Source of the DNA: Azolla caroliniana
Taxonomy: Eukaryota > Plantae > Polypodiophyta
Direction: 5' to 3'
DNA: 64,000 bases
NCBI GenBank assembly: GCA_043228905.1
Contig: JBHGNT010000002.1
Span: 744,001-808,000 of the forward strand
Positions 40,201 through 51,610 of the stretch are shown one piece after another; position 1 is the stretch's first letter, and each line of letters begins with the position of its first letter. The notes under the pieces are model-generated. The model was not told where the DNA came from and made no database searches. It was given only the letters and a program-made list of their open reading frames with translations. The translations under genes and the position numbers were made by a program.

Positions 40201-41555
40201 GAAGAGATCATTTCCATTTAGAAGAGATAATAGTGGCATTGGAAGCCATGAATCCCTCTAAAGCTATAAATGGATTGTCATAACTAGGTGCACAGGGCTG
40301 CCCACTCCCTAAATGATAGTTCATGTGGGAAATATATTGGCTACTCAAAGAAAATTGATTTGAATAGAAAAAACAAGAGGGATGTTCTAGCGGCCTCACA
40401 TCTCTGATACCATGTGAGGAAACTGCTATTAACAGTTGTAAAATGCGTTCTTGAAAATTTTATCTATGGTTTTGTTGGTATTGATGTCTGTTCGATATCT
40501 TTAACACTTACAACAAATGCTTGGAAACTTTAAATTTATTTAAATATTCAAAATCCTGTTATTTGATTGGGTACAAAGGAATGCTTTCTTATGAATAATA
40601 TACATTCTAAGTCAAACACCAAATTGATTGATCCCATGTATATGGTATCCGTTTAAATTTCTCTGTTCAGGTTTCCTGTTCTGGGCACATGTTATGTTTT
40701 ACAGTTCCTTGTCATGATTTGATAATGTTTGCATGGTTATCCAGGTAAAGAAGATACATTAACAGTGTTTCTATCCCTTGTTCTATAACTTCTTGGATTG
40801 TCAGGGGAAGTTTTGGAGGTGGTTTTGCTTTTGGTCTTGGTCAATCACAAACTCCTACAGGCCCATTGGCAACACAAAGTCCTGCCCCTGGCCCATTTGC
40901 AATACAAAGCCCTCATGCCCCTGGATTTTCATTTGGGCTCCCGTCTTTTGGGTCAGGGATAGCTACGCAAATGTCTCCCCAACAAAATTTGGTTCAAAGC
41001 AACTTTGGGTTTGGCCTGAATGACACACAAATGAGCAACAATCTCAATCTGGCATCTGGAGGTTAATATGTCCAACTACATCTAATACTTTCCTAATCAA
41101 CTTGTTATTAGCGAGATTTTAAAATTGGCTTGTAACTGGATTCAGCATCACCAAACTCATCGATTGCGAAAAGTGCCTTCCAAACCCAAAACATGAGCGG
41201 TGTTCCAGAAAGCTCATTGACTTTGCAAAACATTTCATTGCCAGTAGTTGCAGAAGTGCCAGTGAATCATGTCATGGCGAATCAAATGTAAGTCAAAATA
41301 TATCAATTGCTTTTCTCAGTAACCTTTCAATGAGAAATTGTCTTACCACGTGTGATGTGTATGTTCAGAAGTCCCCATTCAGATTCATCAACTGGGAAAT
41401 CGGAGATATGGATGAAGGCTTCTTGGAAAATTGGAGAGGTACATGTTATATTACATTTTATGATGTTTTGGTGCGTCATAATGTCTGGTAATAGTGTTTT
41501 ATCTAAGTGTGTATGGCAGATTCCTGAGGAGGAGCCACCACCTTTTGCACGTTAA
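25537..41555 (+). CDS. CG1: CCCH zinc-finger FG-nucleoporin CG1/NUP42-like (AtC3H16/At1g75340-like), ~10 exons
   Basis: Exons 25537-25580, 27107-27215 (CRDFVRGSCRFGARCKFIH CCCH finger across the junction), 27527-27603, 27748-27846 (CTDPRECK...ERPMYWRLTSYAH), 27989-28082 (GDVSFEELRGYAY), 30518-30840 (FG repeats), 40805-41061, 41146-41288, 41369-41438 (SEIWMKASWKIGE) and 41520-41555 (IPEEEPPPFAR*). Confidence 0.9.
26444..26790 (+). pseudogene. Possible retrocopied 3' fragment of an acidic-tail protein gene inside CG1 intron 1
   Basis: Reads KWKVDDDTDANDF*EEEESGGSAKEEEEDDGDDVKEEEEVKRSK*, followed by a 3'UTR-like tract and AATAAAAAAGAAAAA. Confidence 0.4.
28285..28794. repeat. ~255-bp tandem duplication
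   Basis: ACCCACATTGTTCGCATGAG...CCCTTGTCATC(A/G)ACAGATA occurs at 28285-28540 and 28541-28794. Confidence 0.92.
28343..29483 (-). mobile_element. Solo LTR (TGTTA...TAACA), later disrupted by a LINE 3' fragment and a tandem duplication
   Basis: Terminal TGTTA/TAACA. An empty-site paralog at ~29545-29663 shows the flanks joined (CACATATGCCCTTT). The terminal sequence resembles the solo LTR at 53956-54345. The TSD is imperfect. Confidence 0.6.
28763..29108 (+). mobile_element. 3' end fragment of RTEX-like LINE
   Basis: Similar to 38305-38533. Ends in GGCCATTTTGGCCTCTTAAAAGACGTTAATA and a (TTTC)n tail. Confidence 0.8.
30841..31374. repeat. 282/252-bp tandem duplication at the start of the large CG1 intron
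   Basis: GCATGTTCAGTGTTTTATAAC...TTTTCAAACTGCTT occurs at 30841-31122 and 31123-31374. The second copy has a ~30-bp deletion. Confidence 0.93.
31760..32425 (-). mobile_element. Degenerate Ty1/Copia RT fragment
   Basis: Minus-strand translation includes LVILYVDDLLI, LLHYFLSMEVYQ...LSQHRY and TRPDVS. Homologous to 36700-37210. Confidence 0.85.
32490..33295 (+). mobile_element. Degenerate, internally deleted Copia gag/protease fragment
   Basis: Gag (LYTQKSATSKVYWLKNLM), a CHHCGKFGH knuckle, protease WILDSGASFH and GAG-pre-integrase LWHGWLGHMS. Confidence 0.85.
35769..36235 (-). mobile_element. Copia 5' LTR plus PBS in inverted orientation
   Basis: The LTR at 35780-36235 (TG...CA) is the reverse complement of 37675-38741 minus the LINE insertion. 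The PBS TGGTATCAGAG (initiator tRNA-Met) lies at 35769-35779 on the minus strand. Confidence 0.85.
37787..38533 (+). mobile_element. 5'-truncated RTEX-like LINE fragment inserted in a Copia LTR
   Basis: Encodes IGQLRTSSHQLEIEVGR...LEERICQLCHQGVES, homologous to the C-terminus of the 49357-51192 ORF. Has the same 3' stem-loop and TTTC tail. Confidence 0.88.
38742..40440 (-). mobile_element. Degenerate Copia gag-integrase fragment with PBS and LTR remnant
   Basis: Reads MSKFPEYFKAFCDTISLLP, LTCHYCGYNGHI and VHMDLCGPM. PBS TGGTATCAGAG lies at ~40402-40412, next to a TGTGAG LTR end at 40413. Confidence 0.8.
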
Positions 41556-43277
41556 AGAAAGCTAAAACCAACACAATGACTGATGATGGCAGTTGTATTG
41601 TTAAATGTGGGGAAATTAGTTAACGTAATTAACATGAACCCATGAGTTCTGAGTTCAGCTCCATGCTGGACAATGAGTTTTTAAAAGAATTACTACATGT
41701 ATGTGACAACATAAAGTACTTATCTTAACATTTTGAAAAAAATACTTATCCAAGTATTTTTTATTAAATAAATCTGGAATACCAATGCCTTACTCCTTCC
41801 TATCTCCCACACAACCTAATTCGTTTGATGGAGTTGGTGGTGGGAGGTGGATGAATACATGTGTCTTAAAGCAGTGCTGTTATCATTATGAATGGCATTA
41901 AAGATTTTTTCATCTTTTATACATACACAACTTTTAGCAAGTTCTGATGTGTTAATTATAAAATTAATACATGCTGTTTTAGCTTTCTGTTTAATCATTG
42001 TAATTTCATTATCTTGCAAGATAAACAATAAGTTATCCTTGTGAAAGAGAATATTGCTTATAAGGTAAACATGAGGAATTGTATTAGTAAAAGGAATGAG
42101 GAAAAGTGGTTGATTAACGAGAAGATTTGCTGTATATTCATGCCCATATCTTCACTCCAAATAACCTGTATTTTTGCTCCAAACATAACCAATAATTCCC
42201 CATGAAGTTCTTTGGACACTGCATTGGAGGACGTTTTATAGCTCCATAACTTGGCTGCAAAATGTTATGATAAAGTTGATGCCTTTTAATTGCGCTGTTG
42301 GTTTTACTAGAGATGGAAATATTTAAAATTTAAATGTTTTCAACATCTTGGACAATTCTAAAACGCAGACATATCGTAGCTGATTTCATTAAATATGTAA
42401 CAGTTAAAAGACCTTCAAATCACCCGTATGAATACTAAAAAAGTATTATTGAGACAAGAAATATATATTTGATGAATTGATAATCATATGAATCATAATC
42501 GTATTGAGTAAAAATGTGTAACAATGAGACAAGACAATATATTCGATGAATTGAATAATCATACGTTACACTCTAAACTCGTCTTAATAGGGAGCGAAAT
42601 GGCCTGTGACTTCCACAGACAATCCTTAGCTCCGCATGTAAGGTTTGATATTGAAGCAGATCTACAGAGTTCGCATCATCCAAAGCTTCTGAATTAAGCT
42701 AAAGAATAGATAGAATATCTCCTGGAAAATGAAAACCTTTGCAGCTGTTACATGATAGAAAAGAAAGCCTTTTTTATATGATATGATCTGGAGCTTACAT
42801 GCAGAAGCACCAACCTTGTGATCTTGCAGATAATTTTATATTTCAATCTTTTTCTTTAGCACATAGTGATATCCTCTAATTTTTGGGCTTGCTTCTACAT
42901 ATTAATAACTTCCGTGCATTCTATTTCCATCATTATAGACATTCACCACCAGAACATGCTTGTTCCTGGAACTACATACTTGTTAACGGAGGTGAGACTA
43001 CAACATTCTGCAAACCAGTGTTCATTACTGGAGTATTTAACTTCCGCCAGCAGAATTAATATCCTCTTCTTCTTTATTGCACCTTTCAAGAAGTCTAGAA
43101 GCAGTGTATGTGACCCTTGAAGTGTTTCCATCCTGTAGTATAATTTACTTCAGTGTATAGATGATAAAATAAACTTTGCAAAAATTTTGGAATGACTTTT
43201 TACCTATGTGAAAGGCTCACTATCATAAACATATATAAAACTGGGGAGACTACATTCGTGACTCTCAAAAACTCCCA

Positions 43278-46200
43278 TTAGTCATCTTGCTCTTGTCTCT
43301 TCCATAGATCCTGTAAACCCCATAAGAAAGGCCAAGAAAATAGTGCCTTTACAGCTGCTTCTACTTCATTGTTCTGCATTTTATTCATTTCTTCAAGAGT
43401 TTTGTTTGGCTCTGTTCTTTCGGCATTTAATTCCAACTCCTCTGTTCTTTTACCAGAATCCTTGTCAACATCTATTAAATTCCCTTCTTTAGAAGCAATG
43501 TTATCCAGTTCTGATATTTCAGTAAATGGTTTCATCTCATCATTTCTCACACTTGAAATCTTGGCAGTAGAGCAATTTCGGTCCTCATCCATTAATTGTC
43601 CCTTTTTTGCATCACTTCGGGTATTTCCTCTGTTGTCAGAAATGTTGGCAACCTCCCTCAAAAACCTCATAAAGGCCGTAGTTCCATTTCTCTGAGGATT
43701 AGAATTGAAAGTCCGAGTCCTGTTCATCAAATCAAACTGCATGTTGAGATTTATTCAACAGTTAAAAAGAGAAACAATCTCTAGGAACATGTAAAATACG
43801 ACTCGCACCTTTTGCGTTTCAGTTTAACTTGATTATCTTCATGATATACCGTGCCTTGAGGAATAAAATCACTCGGTTGTAATGCTGGTCTCTCTTTTTT
43901 CCTACCAACAAAGTTACTCACGAGAGCAATTTTTTGTATTTTATTGTTTTTCTGCAATTCTAAAACATCATCTGGATGTAATAACTTCCACCTCCTGCCA
44001 AAGAGATGTATAACTATTAAACATGACCAACTTTGTACATAGAAATATGCATGTTCATGGTAGCTGAAATAATAAATCATTCTATGATGACAAGAAAAAG
44101 AAAGAAAAAGTAGACATTGCAACACAAACAAACAGATAAAAAAACAGGTATCAATGGCCACACACTGAAGGTGCACTCATCAAAACTGATGTGTGAGCCT
44201 GATTAAGTTCCTGAATTTCATGAAGGCATGAAATATGTATGGATTGATGACAGGCAGGGAAAGTCAATCACTTAGGAGGGAAAGAAGTCACCTCCAACAT
44301 TGATTGTCAGTGCGTGGCTTCAAATAATTTGAAACAGCGGACCATCGAAATCCATGCTTTATGACAGCTTGACTTAACTTTTCATCCTCTTCTTTCGTCC
44401 AACCTTCATTTGATAGTGATGGATCTAATACATTACACCACCTGACAGTCAAAAGTGATGCAAATTAGATATATATATAAATATATTCAAATTCAGTAAA
44501 GAATAGTCCACTCTAAACACAAACCTTTCTCGGCACTGAACGTCAGTCCGACCAGATACATGGGATGCAATCATTTTCCAATTTCTTGGACCATAAACTG
44601 ACACAGCTATTTTGAGCTGTTTGTCTTCTATGATATCCCACTTGCCCGTCTTTTTCCTCACAGGATTAAGGGTTTTACTCCATCTGAAAGAACCCATATT
44701 AGGTGATTTTAGATACATCGGGTACTATGAGCTCATACATACCCTGTTATCAACATGCATGATAGAGCAATTTCCTATTCCAGCAATTTTTTATAAAGAT
44801 GAGAAAGAAGAGACAACAAGTATTACCTATTCCAGCACTGTGCACTCGTACGACATTCAAGTGTTGCAGCAACAGCTTGCCAGTCCTTGTCCCCATAGAT
44901 TTGGACAGCAGCTCGAAGTAGCTTGTCTTCTTCGGCAGTCCAGGCACTACGCACAATGCCAGCATTCAAGCTGCGTTGATATCTTATCAAACACTGAGCT
45001 ACAGATCTGTGACCACCAAGTTCTTCAGCAATTTTATCCCAATTACTGAGCTTATTGTTTCTCGCAATGCTCCAGAGGCGTTTATCCTCTGCTTTAGTCC
45101 AAGGACCATGATCTATAAGAGGATCTTCATCGTTCAGCCACCTGCACAGCCCATAAAGCGAAGTTTAAACAGAATATCTCTCAACATAGCAAAGTATACA
45201 CACACATTTTACTGTAAGCTTAGATTATATTCCAGCCCAAGAACTTAGGGAAAAGTTTAAATTCACCAATTACCAAAATTAGAGGCAAAAGCTTTTACAA
45301 ACGTCATACTAACCTATTTAGAACATTCAGGATTTAAAACAAGGGTCCAATTGATGGCTTATGCAGCTTCCTCCTGAGAGTCATGGAAAGAAAAGCCTTC
45401 ATTTGAAACTATTAAGTGACTCATCTTGCCTTTCAACTACTTAGAGAAATTTGTATGCTTACAAAATACTAAGTCAAAACCATGATAGAAAACCATTCAC
45501 TTACCAAACGTGAGATGACCATCGGTCTCCATCCAAGAAAAACAGGAAATGTTGCACTAATAGCAATGAAATGAGATCCATTTATTTCATCTAACACGAG
45601 GAAGCTATAAGGGAAATTGCACCCTAAGGGCATTGGTAGTGTCTCAATCCTAGAAAAAACCTGGAAATGTAGGACTAACAGCCATGATATAAAATATATC
45701 ATCCTCCTATTTAGATTGTGTGCATGTCCATGTTGCACACCCTACTAAGGATATGGGGCATGGGACCATCAAATTATAACTATTAGATAAGACTTTGAAA
45801 CAGTACACTGACTAAAGTGTAGTTTGGAGATGTCTCTTTCAGACAATTTAATATAGAGAACAAGATGAGAATGGAGACAGAAAGTAATAGATATCCATCG
45901 CGAATATGTAAATGGCATGCAAAATTTATTCAAAGATCACATGTCACATGATATTGCAAAGCCCCATCCCATCAGAAAACTCCATGCTTGGTATCAGGTT
46001 AGAGACTAGCTGAGGACAACCATACTAGTTCACTAAAACATGATCCACAAAGAGAGAGAGGAATTGCATACTTGATCAAGCATTCGATAGGAGTGCGTTT
46101 AACAACATACATGCGTGCCACTTCCTCCCAATTTACCAATGGCAGTGCAGCCCGAATTTCATGTGCTGTAAGCTCCTGTTCTGAAATAGCTTTTAGTTGG

Positions 46201-49028
46201 CCGTCTAAGATTGTCACTTCATTGGATTCAGCACTGAAGATAACCACCAAACCAGAAAGCAAAACATAATTTAAATATGCATGAAAAAAGAACTCCAATA
46301 TTGAAAACTGATTCTTTGTTCTTACTTGAAAGTCTCCATTGCAGTACGCATACGACTTTCTTGAATCTGCTGTTTGAGTCCTTTCAACAGCTCATCTTTC
46401 TCAAGCTTAGTCCATGCCTTTGGTACACCTTCACAAGAATAATCCTTTAACACTGCTTTAAGCTTAGCCACATCCATATTAGGAGGAGGTCGAATCCGAA
46501 CAAGATCAACATCCTGTATAAATGAGCATAATTCAGCATAAGGAGAAAATTTAAAAGAGTTATGATAGGAATAGACACATATTTTCACCCTAAAGAACAA
46601 TTTAAAAGGTATTAAAGAAAATTGTTTATTGATCATCTCATTTAACGATTTATTATCGAACGCAGAGATAGCCATATTTGAAGATACTTTTCAAAAAGCA
46701 TAAGTTATTCTTAATTACCAAGTTTAATGGTTTACTCTTTCCGCCAGTAGTTGAGTAACCAGCAGGGCAAATTGCATTACCACTCTGCTCTGCACTTCTT
46801 CTACTAATAATATTTTGAAACTCTATCAGGGATCTGACCTGTTTCTTAAGCGCAGCATTTTCTTGTAGCTTGGATTGAACTAAGTCCAACTTCTTTGTTA
46901 GAATTTTCTGAAGCAGCCTGTTTTTCTTCAATGCATTTAAAGTATTTCTCATGCTTTTTCCCTGCAGCTCAGCAGAGGATTCTTCCAGAATATTATTATT
47001 ATTAAGTACAACACCATAGAATGACTCGTCAGAAAAACCTTCGAGGTTGTCATCAAAGATTTCGGCTTGTCCTGGAAATGCAAAAGCAGTAGGTTCCTCT
47101 TTACCCTCAGGTGATATGTGAGAATGACATAACTCGGTCGAAAGCTCAGATGTTGAAAATGCTTCAACTGAAATACTTTTGAGGTTGATTTCATCTTTGG
47201 CTACAGTCAAGGGAGGTTCTTTATCTGGAACTACATGTCTTTTCCCCTTTGGTGCAGGCTCCACTGAACCATTTTTGGCTATGCTCAATGGAGGTTCTTT
47301 ATTATGAGAGAGCACGTATCTTTCAACCTTATCAGCAGTCTTAAGCGAGTCTTCTTTGGCCATGCTGAATGGATGTTCTTTATCTTCTGCGGTTGTACAG
47401 TCATCTACCTGATTTGCAGCCTTACCTGAAATACTTTTCTGGTTTTTTGTGCCTTTTTGGGTTGCACTGAAACAATGCTTTTTATTCTCTTTAGGTAGAT
47501 GTTTTGTCACCTTGCCTGCATGTGTCAGCAAATATATCTAACATATCAAAATACCAAGAGACAGTAGTGCATTATGAAAACAATTCTTGAAAATCCTCAT
47601 AATTAACAGAAAAGTTACCAATGTGTTTTGTAAGGGAAAATATACACTGATTCATGCCAGTAAAAATATTTCTTCAAGCCTCCAAACTTATTTTAATTGA
47701 TCATATATCATCATTCATGCCAGTAAAAAATATGTCCACAAGTCTCCAAGCTTATTTTAATTGATCATCATTTATGTAAGGAAAGAATGCAATGGAGGAT
47801 AAGGTCCATAGAAACATAATACGTCAAAGAAAGGCACAGTGATATTTCCTTATATACACATTGTAAGGTGCACAAAAAAGCTAGGTAGGTCTATATAAGC
47901 AACTCATCAAATGAATAACTAAACTAATTGAAATGCTGAGGATCAAGAAATTGCCTTAGGTTGTATTCAAAAAGGTAAAAATAGACAATTTTTCATTGAA
48001 GAGAATAGGGGTGCACATATCGTAAAACTCCCAATGAGCAAAATTGTTTGGGCTAACCTATATCTTTGGACTCTTGCATATAATTTCTGGAAAACATTTT
48101 TCCCCATGATTTTGTATTAATGTTTTAGCTATTAAATTATTAGGAACCTAATTCCAATATTAATAAGGTATACATACAAACCAATCTAGCACCCATCACA
48201 TATTGAAATGAGGTGGTATCATGTCAATTTTTATGAGGAATAAAGTGTTCGGTCTCTTTGACATAAAACAAAAAGGCAGTTCATAATCGTATCAAATACT
48301 TGATTCAGTTCACTGTAAAAGTACAAAGTATGATGTAGTTGCAAGAATACAGTCGTCCATGCACAAGTTGTTTGATGAAATTCAAATGTTTGGATATCAA
48401 TCAGCAAGATACACTACTTGATCAAAGACATAATAACAGCACCATCATTAATCAAACACTATATTTGACAAACCTAAAATTCGACCAACATTCAAGAAAG
48501 AATACTTGAAAAAACAAAGGAAATGCAACCGGAGCAATGAAATAGACTCTATGTCTTACCTGAGGAAACGGCAGGAACAACGGATGATCCAAACCTCTGC
48601 CGAACGGCTTGTAAGATAGCGTCATCGTCCTCCTCTTCAAGATGCCGAGAAGCCAATGGTTCTGTGGAAACCTTACAAACTGCCTTTGAAGAGGAATAAG
48701 CAGAAGAAGCAGTGGAAACGGTAGCACCAACCCGTTTCTGAATAGAACGCAGAAGAAATGCATCTTCATCCAAATCATTATCGTCATCCACCACAGAAGA
48801 GTGATGCAGAGGATCTTTTCCTTCTTTCCGACATCCATTGACACGGACACATCCATCCTCGCCTCCTGCATCTCCAATGTCATCATCATATGCATCATCA
48901 TTATCATCTTCATATCCATAGCTATGGCAGACGTCTCTAAGTGCTTGTAGATCGCGATTGCAATGCTGGAAAAGGAGATCGTATTCGTCTTCGTCTTCGT
49001 CTTCGTATTCGTCTTCAGCGAAACTCAT
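43278..49028 (-). CDS. MYB4R1: 4R-MYB protein MYB4R1 / SNAPc190 (SNAPC4)-like, ~9 exons
   Basis: Exons 49028-48560 (DLQALRDVC), 47515-46719, 46513-46326, 46233-46072, 45141-44827 (WLNDEDPLIDHGPWTKAED...WTAEEDKLL...QCWNR), 44683-44525 (GRTDVQCRER), 44441-44292 (WTKEEDEKL...RTDNQCWR), 43994-43809 (SNFVGRKKERPALQPSDF) and ~43719-43278. The last junction is less certain. Confidence 0.9.
47650..47768. repeat. ~63-bp tandem duplication in MYB4R1 intron 1
   Basis: ATTCATGCCAGTAAAAA...CTTATTTTAATTGATCAT occurs twice. Confidence 0.85.
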
Positions 49029-49219
49029 GATCGACCTCAGTAGATCGATCGGAGATGGCGAAGGAAAGCCTGGTCTGCGTGTGCACTGCGCAGAGAGAGA
49101 AACCCTAGAAAATATTCTGCCCTGGGCATAAATATAAATAAATAAAATACATTCAAAAATAATAATAAATAAATAAGTAAAATACACTCAAAATAATAAA
49201 TAAATAAAATACACATCCT

Positions 49220-49228
49220 AAACCCTAA
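49220..49228. promoter_or_regulatory. Telo-box (AAACCCTAA) upstream of MYB4R1
   Basis: AAACCCTAA lies ~190 bp upstream of the ATG, with a second AAACCCTA near 49100. Confidence 0.45.
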
Positions 49229-49281
49229 ATAAATAAATAAGAAGCACGTAATCTTATTTTGTTGGGGGGGGGGGGGGGGGG

Positions 49282-51433
49282 CATCTCCATATCTTCACAC
49301 TTAGATGCCTAATTGACCAAACTAAGGCTCGCAAGAAGAAATTATATTGTTGTTTTGTGGACTTCCGCAAAGCCTTTGACACAGTCCCTAGAGAGCGGTT
49401 GTTTGATAGACTTAAAAGCTTGAGGATACCAGATGATATGGTATGGGCCATCTACGCACTATATGAACAAGTGCCCGGGTGTGTCCGATGCCCAGGTGGC
49501 CTATCTAATCGTTTCACTAGCACTATTGGTGTAAAACAAGGTTGCCCCCTATCACCGACGCTTTTTGGGATCTACATTGATGAGATCACAGATTTTATTG
49601 CTCGTGAGGGAGGCACCGGAGTGGTCCTTGGGGATACGCAAGTTCGTATCTTGCTCTATGCGGATGACATAGTTTTGCTCTCTAAATCCGAACACGACCT
49701 ACAAAGGCACCTTAATGCCTTAGATGACTTTTGTGTACAACGAGGATTGGTAGTGAATCTAGGGAAAACGAAAGTCCTTATCTTCCACACATCGGCCCAA
49801 GTTAGAGCTAAGTGTCACCTAACTATCACCCATAGCCCAGTCGAGGTGGTTGGATCATACGTCTATCTCGGAGTCACTTCTAGTGCCCGCTCAGGTAAAT
49901 TTTCGATGACACAGGCAGCGAAGGATAGACTCACGAGAGGACATGCATCCCTCTCACTCCTAGAGAGACAATGCCACCAAGCACACTTTCAAGAGCCACG
50001 GACTAAAGGGTGGCTCTTTGACTCATTAGTGACCCCCTCCCTCATGTATGCATCAGCGGTTTGGGCTCCAGGATTACCATCTTTCATGTGGACGCAATTA
50101 GAGAGACCATTGGTGATGATGCTATCACGCCAACTCCGAAGCAAATCGACTGTACCACATGACATTATTAGGGTTGAGTTCACGTTACCCCCAATGTTAG
50201 TAGAGGCACTTTTTCAACTTGTAGTCTTCATTCACAGGATACATAGCCAACCACATGATAGAATATCTCATCAAGCCTTTAAGGCCTCTCGATCATTGTA
50301 TGAGTCCGGCTATACTAACTCATGGTATGGCATGATGGTGACTTGGCTTCTTGCGAATGGTCTAGACATTAATAACCTACCTCCCCTTAGGTACAACCAC
50401 ACGAGTGATAACACTTTAATTTCTCATGAGGACTGCAATAAAGTAATACGCCAAGAAATATGGCAAATTTACACTCAGTGTAAATGGATCACCCCACTAG
50501 AGCCACTCCCATCTAAAATGTTGTACTATAAGAAACACTTCATGCACTTCTCTGAGTTAGGTTTTATCACGCGGCCAAAATATCTAGATGTATTCTTCTT
50601 ACCACATGCACTAAGGGTTGCCATTGGACAACTTAGAATATCATCTCACCAACTTGAGATTGAGAATGGCCGTACTAATGGAGTCCCTAGGGAGGAAAGG
50701 ATATGTAGGTTATGTCACATAGAGATAGAGGATGAGTACCACTTTACATGCAAGTGTCCAACCTATGCCGAGATAAGGGCAAAATACCAAGACATACTTG
50801 GTTCATCTCCCACCCTCCCCAAACTATTAGATACTCTAGAGATAAAGAAATTAGGCAAATACATTCTAGAGCTAAAACAACACAGAGAGAATAAGTTACA
50901 AAATGTTGACAATAATGTTGCTAATGATCACGAACATGTAACAAATGAAGTTTTTCAGGAACAGGAGGAGACAACGAATGCCGACACACTTGCACCACTC
51001 GGCCTTTCCATTGATGAGGCAGAAAACCAGAGAAGAACCAGATGTCCTCGAGTGCCAGGTTTCAAAGCAACTCGACATGATGTGGAAGCAATATTGAAGA
51101 TAACGGAACGTGAGCTACACCGCCTAGAAGCCATGGCTATGGGCACTCTCTACATTGGAACCACGGGTCACGCCCACATCAAGACCCTTTGACCCCCCAC
51201 TTCTTTTCGAGAGGCTTGGGTGGAAATAAAATTAGGCTTAGTGTATAGTCACTTTCGAGTATACTACGTATTGTACACTACTAGAACTCTTTTAGTTTAA
51301 GTTCTATTTTTTACTTTATTTTATTTTAGTTATGATGACTGGATAAATACTCTTTTGTTGTAAACCAATTGTCTCATGGGCCAAATTTGGCCTTAAAAGA
51401 CGTTAATATTTCTTTCTTTCTTTCTTTCTTTCT
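49282..51433 (+). mobile_element. 5'-truncated non-LTR retrotransposon (RTEX-like LINE) with open RT and C-terminal zinc-binding domain
   Basis: The frame is open from 49282 (HIFTLR...CCFVDFRKAFDTV, GVKQGCPLSPTLF, LLYADDIVL, YVYLG) to the stop at 51192. The C-terminal region reads LRISSHQLEIENGR...RICRLC...EDEYHFTCKC. It ends in a 3' stem-loop and (TTTC)n tail, and 18 G lie at the 5' junction. Confidence 0.9.
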
Positions 51434-51435
51434 AT

Positions 51436-51610
51436 GGGTCGAATACTGCATCACTTGGTAGGAGGTGGTGGATCTAACTTCCCAATTGTCTCCTTAAAAA
51501 ACATTGTTTGAATCCTCTCGTTCTCATTCACGTGTTAAGAGGGGCGGTGCCATCCCACACTTCTACTCCATAAAGCAATACCTGAGTTACTATGACATTG
51601 AATAACATCT
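51436..51610 (-). mobile_element. Degenerate LINE ORF2 fragment in opposite orientation
   Basis: Minus strand reads LFNVIVTQVLLYGVEVW and, with frameshifts, ERIQTMF/LRRQLG/VRSTTSY. This is homologous to the post-RT region of the adjacent LINE. Confidence 0.6.

Noticed and set aside
44750-44965. Apparent frameshift in a MYB4R1 exon suggested by the ORF track
   Set aside because: Manual translation shows exon 45141-44827 is open with intact MYB repeats. The listed ORF is an alternative frame.
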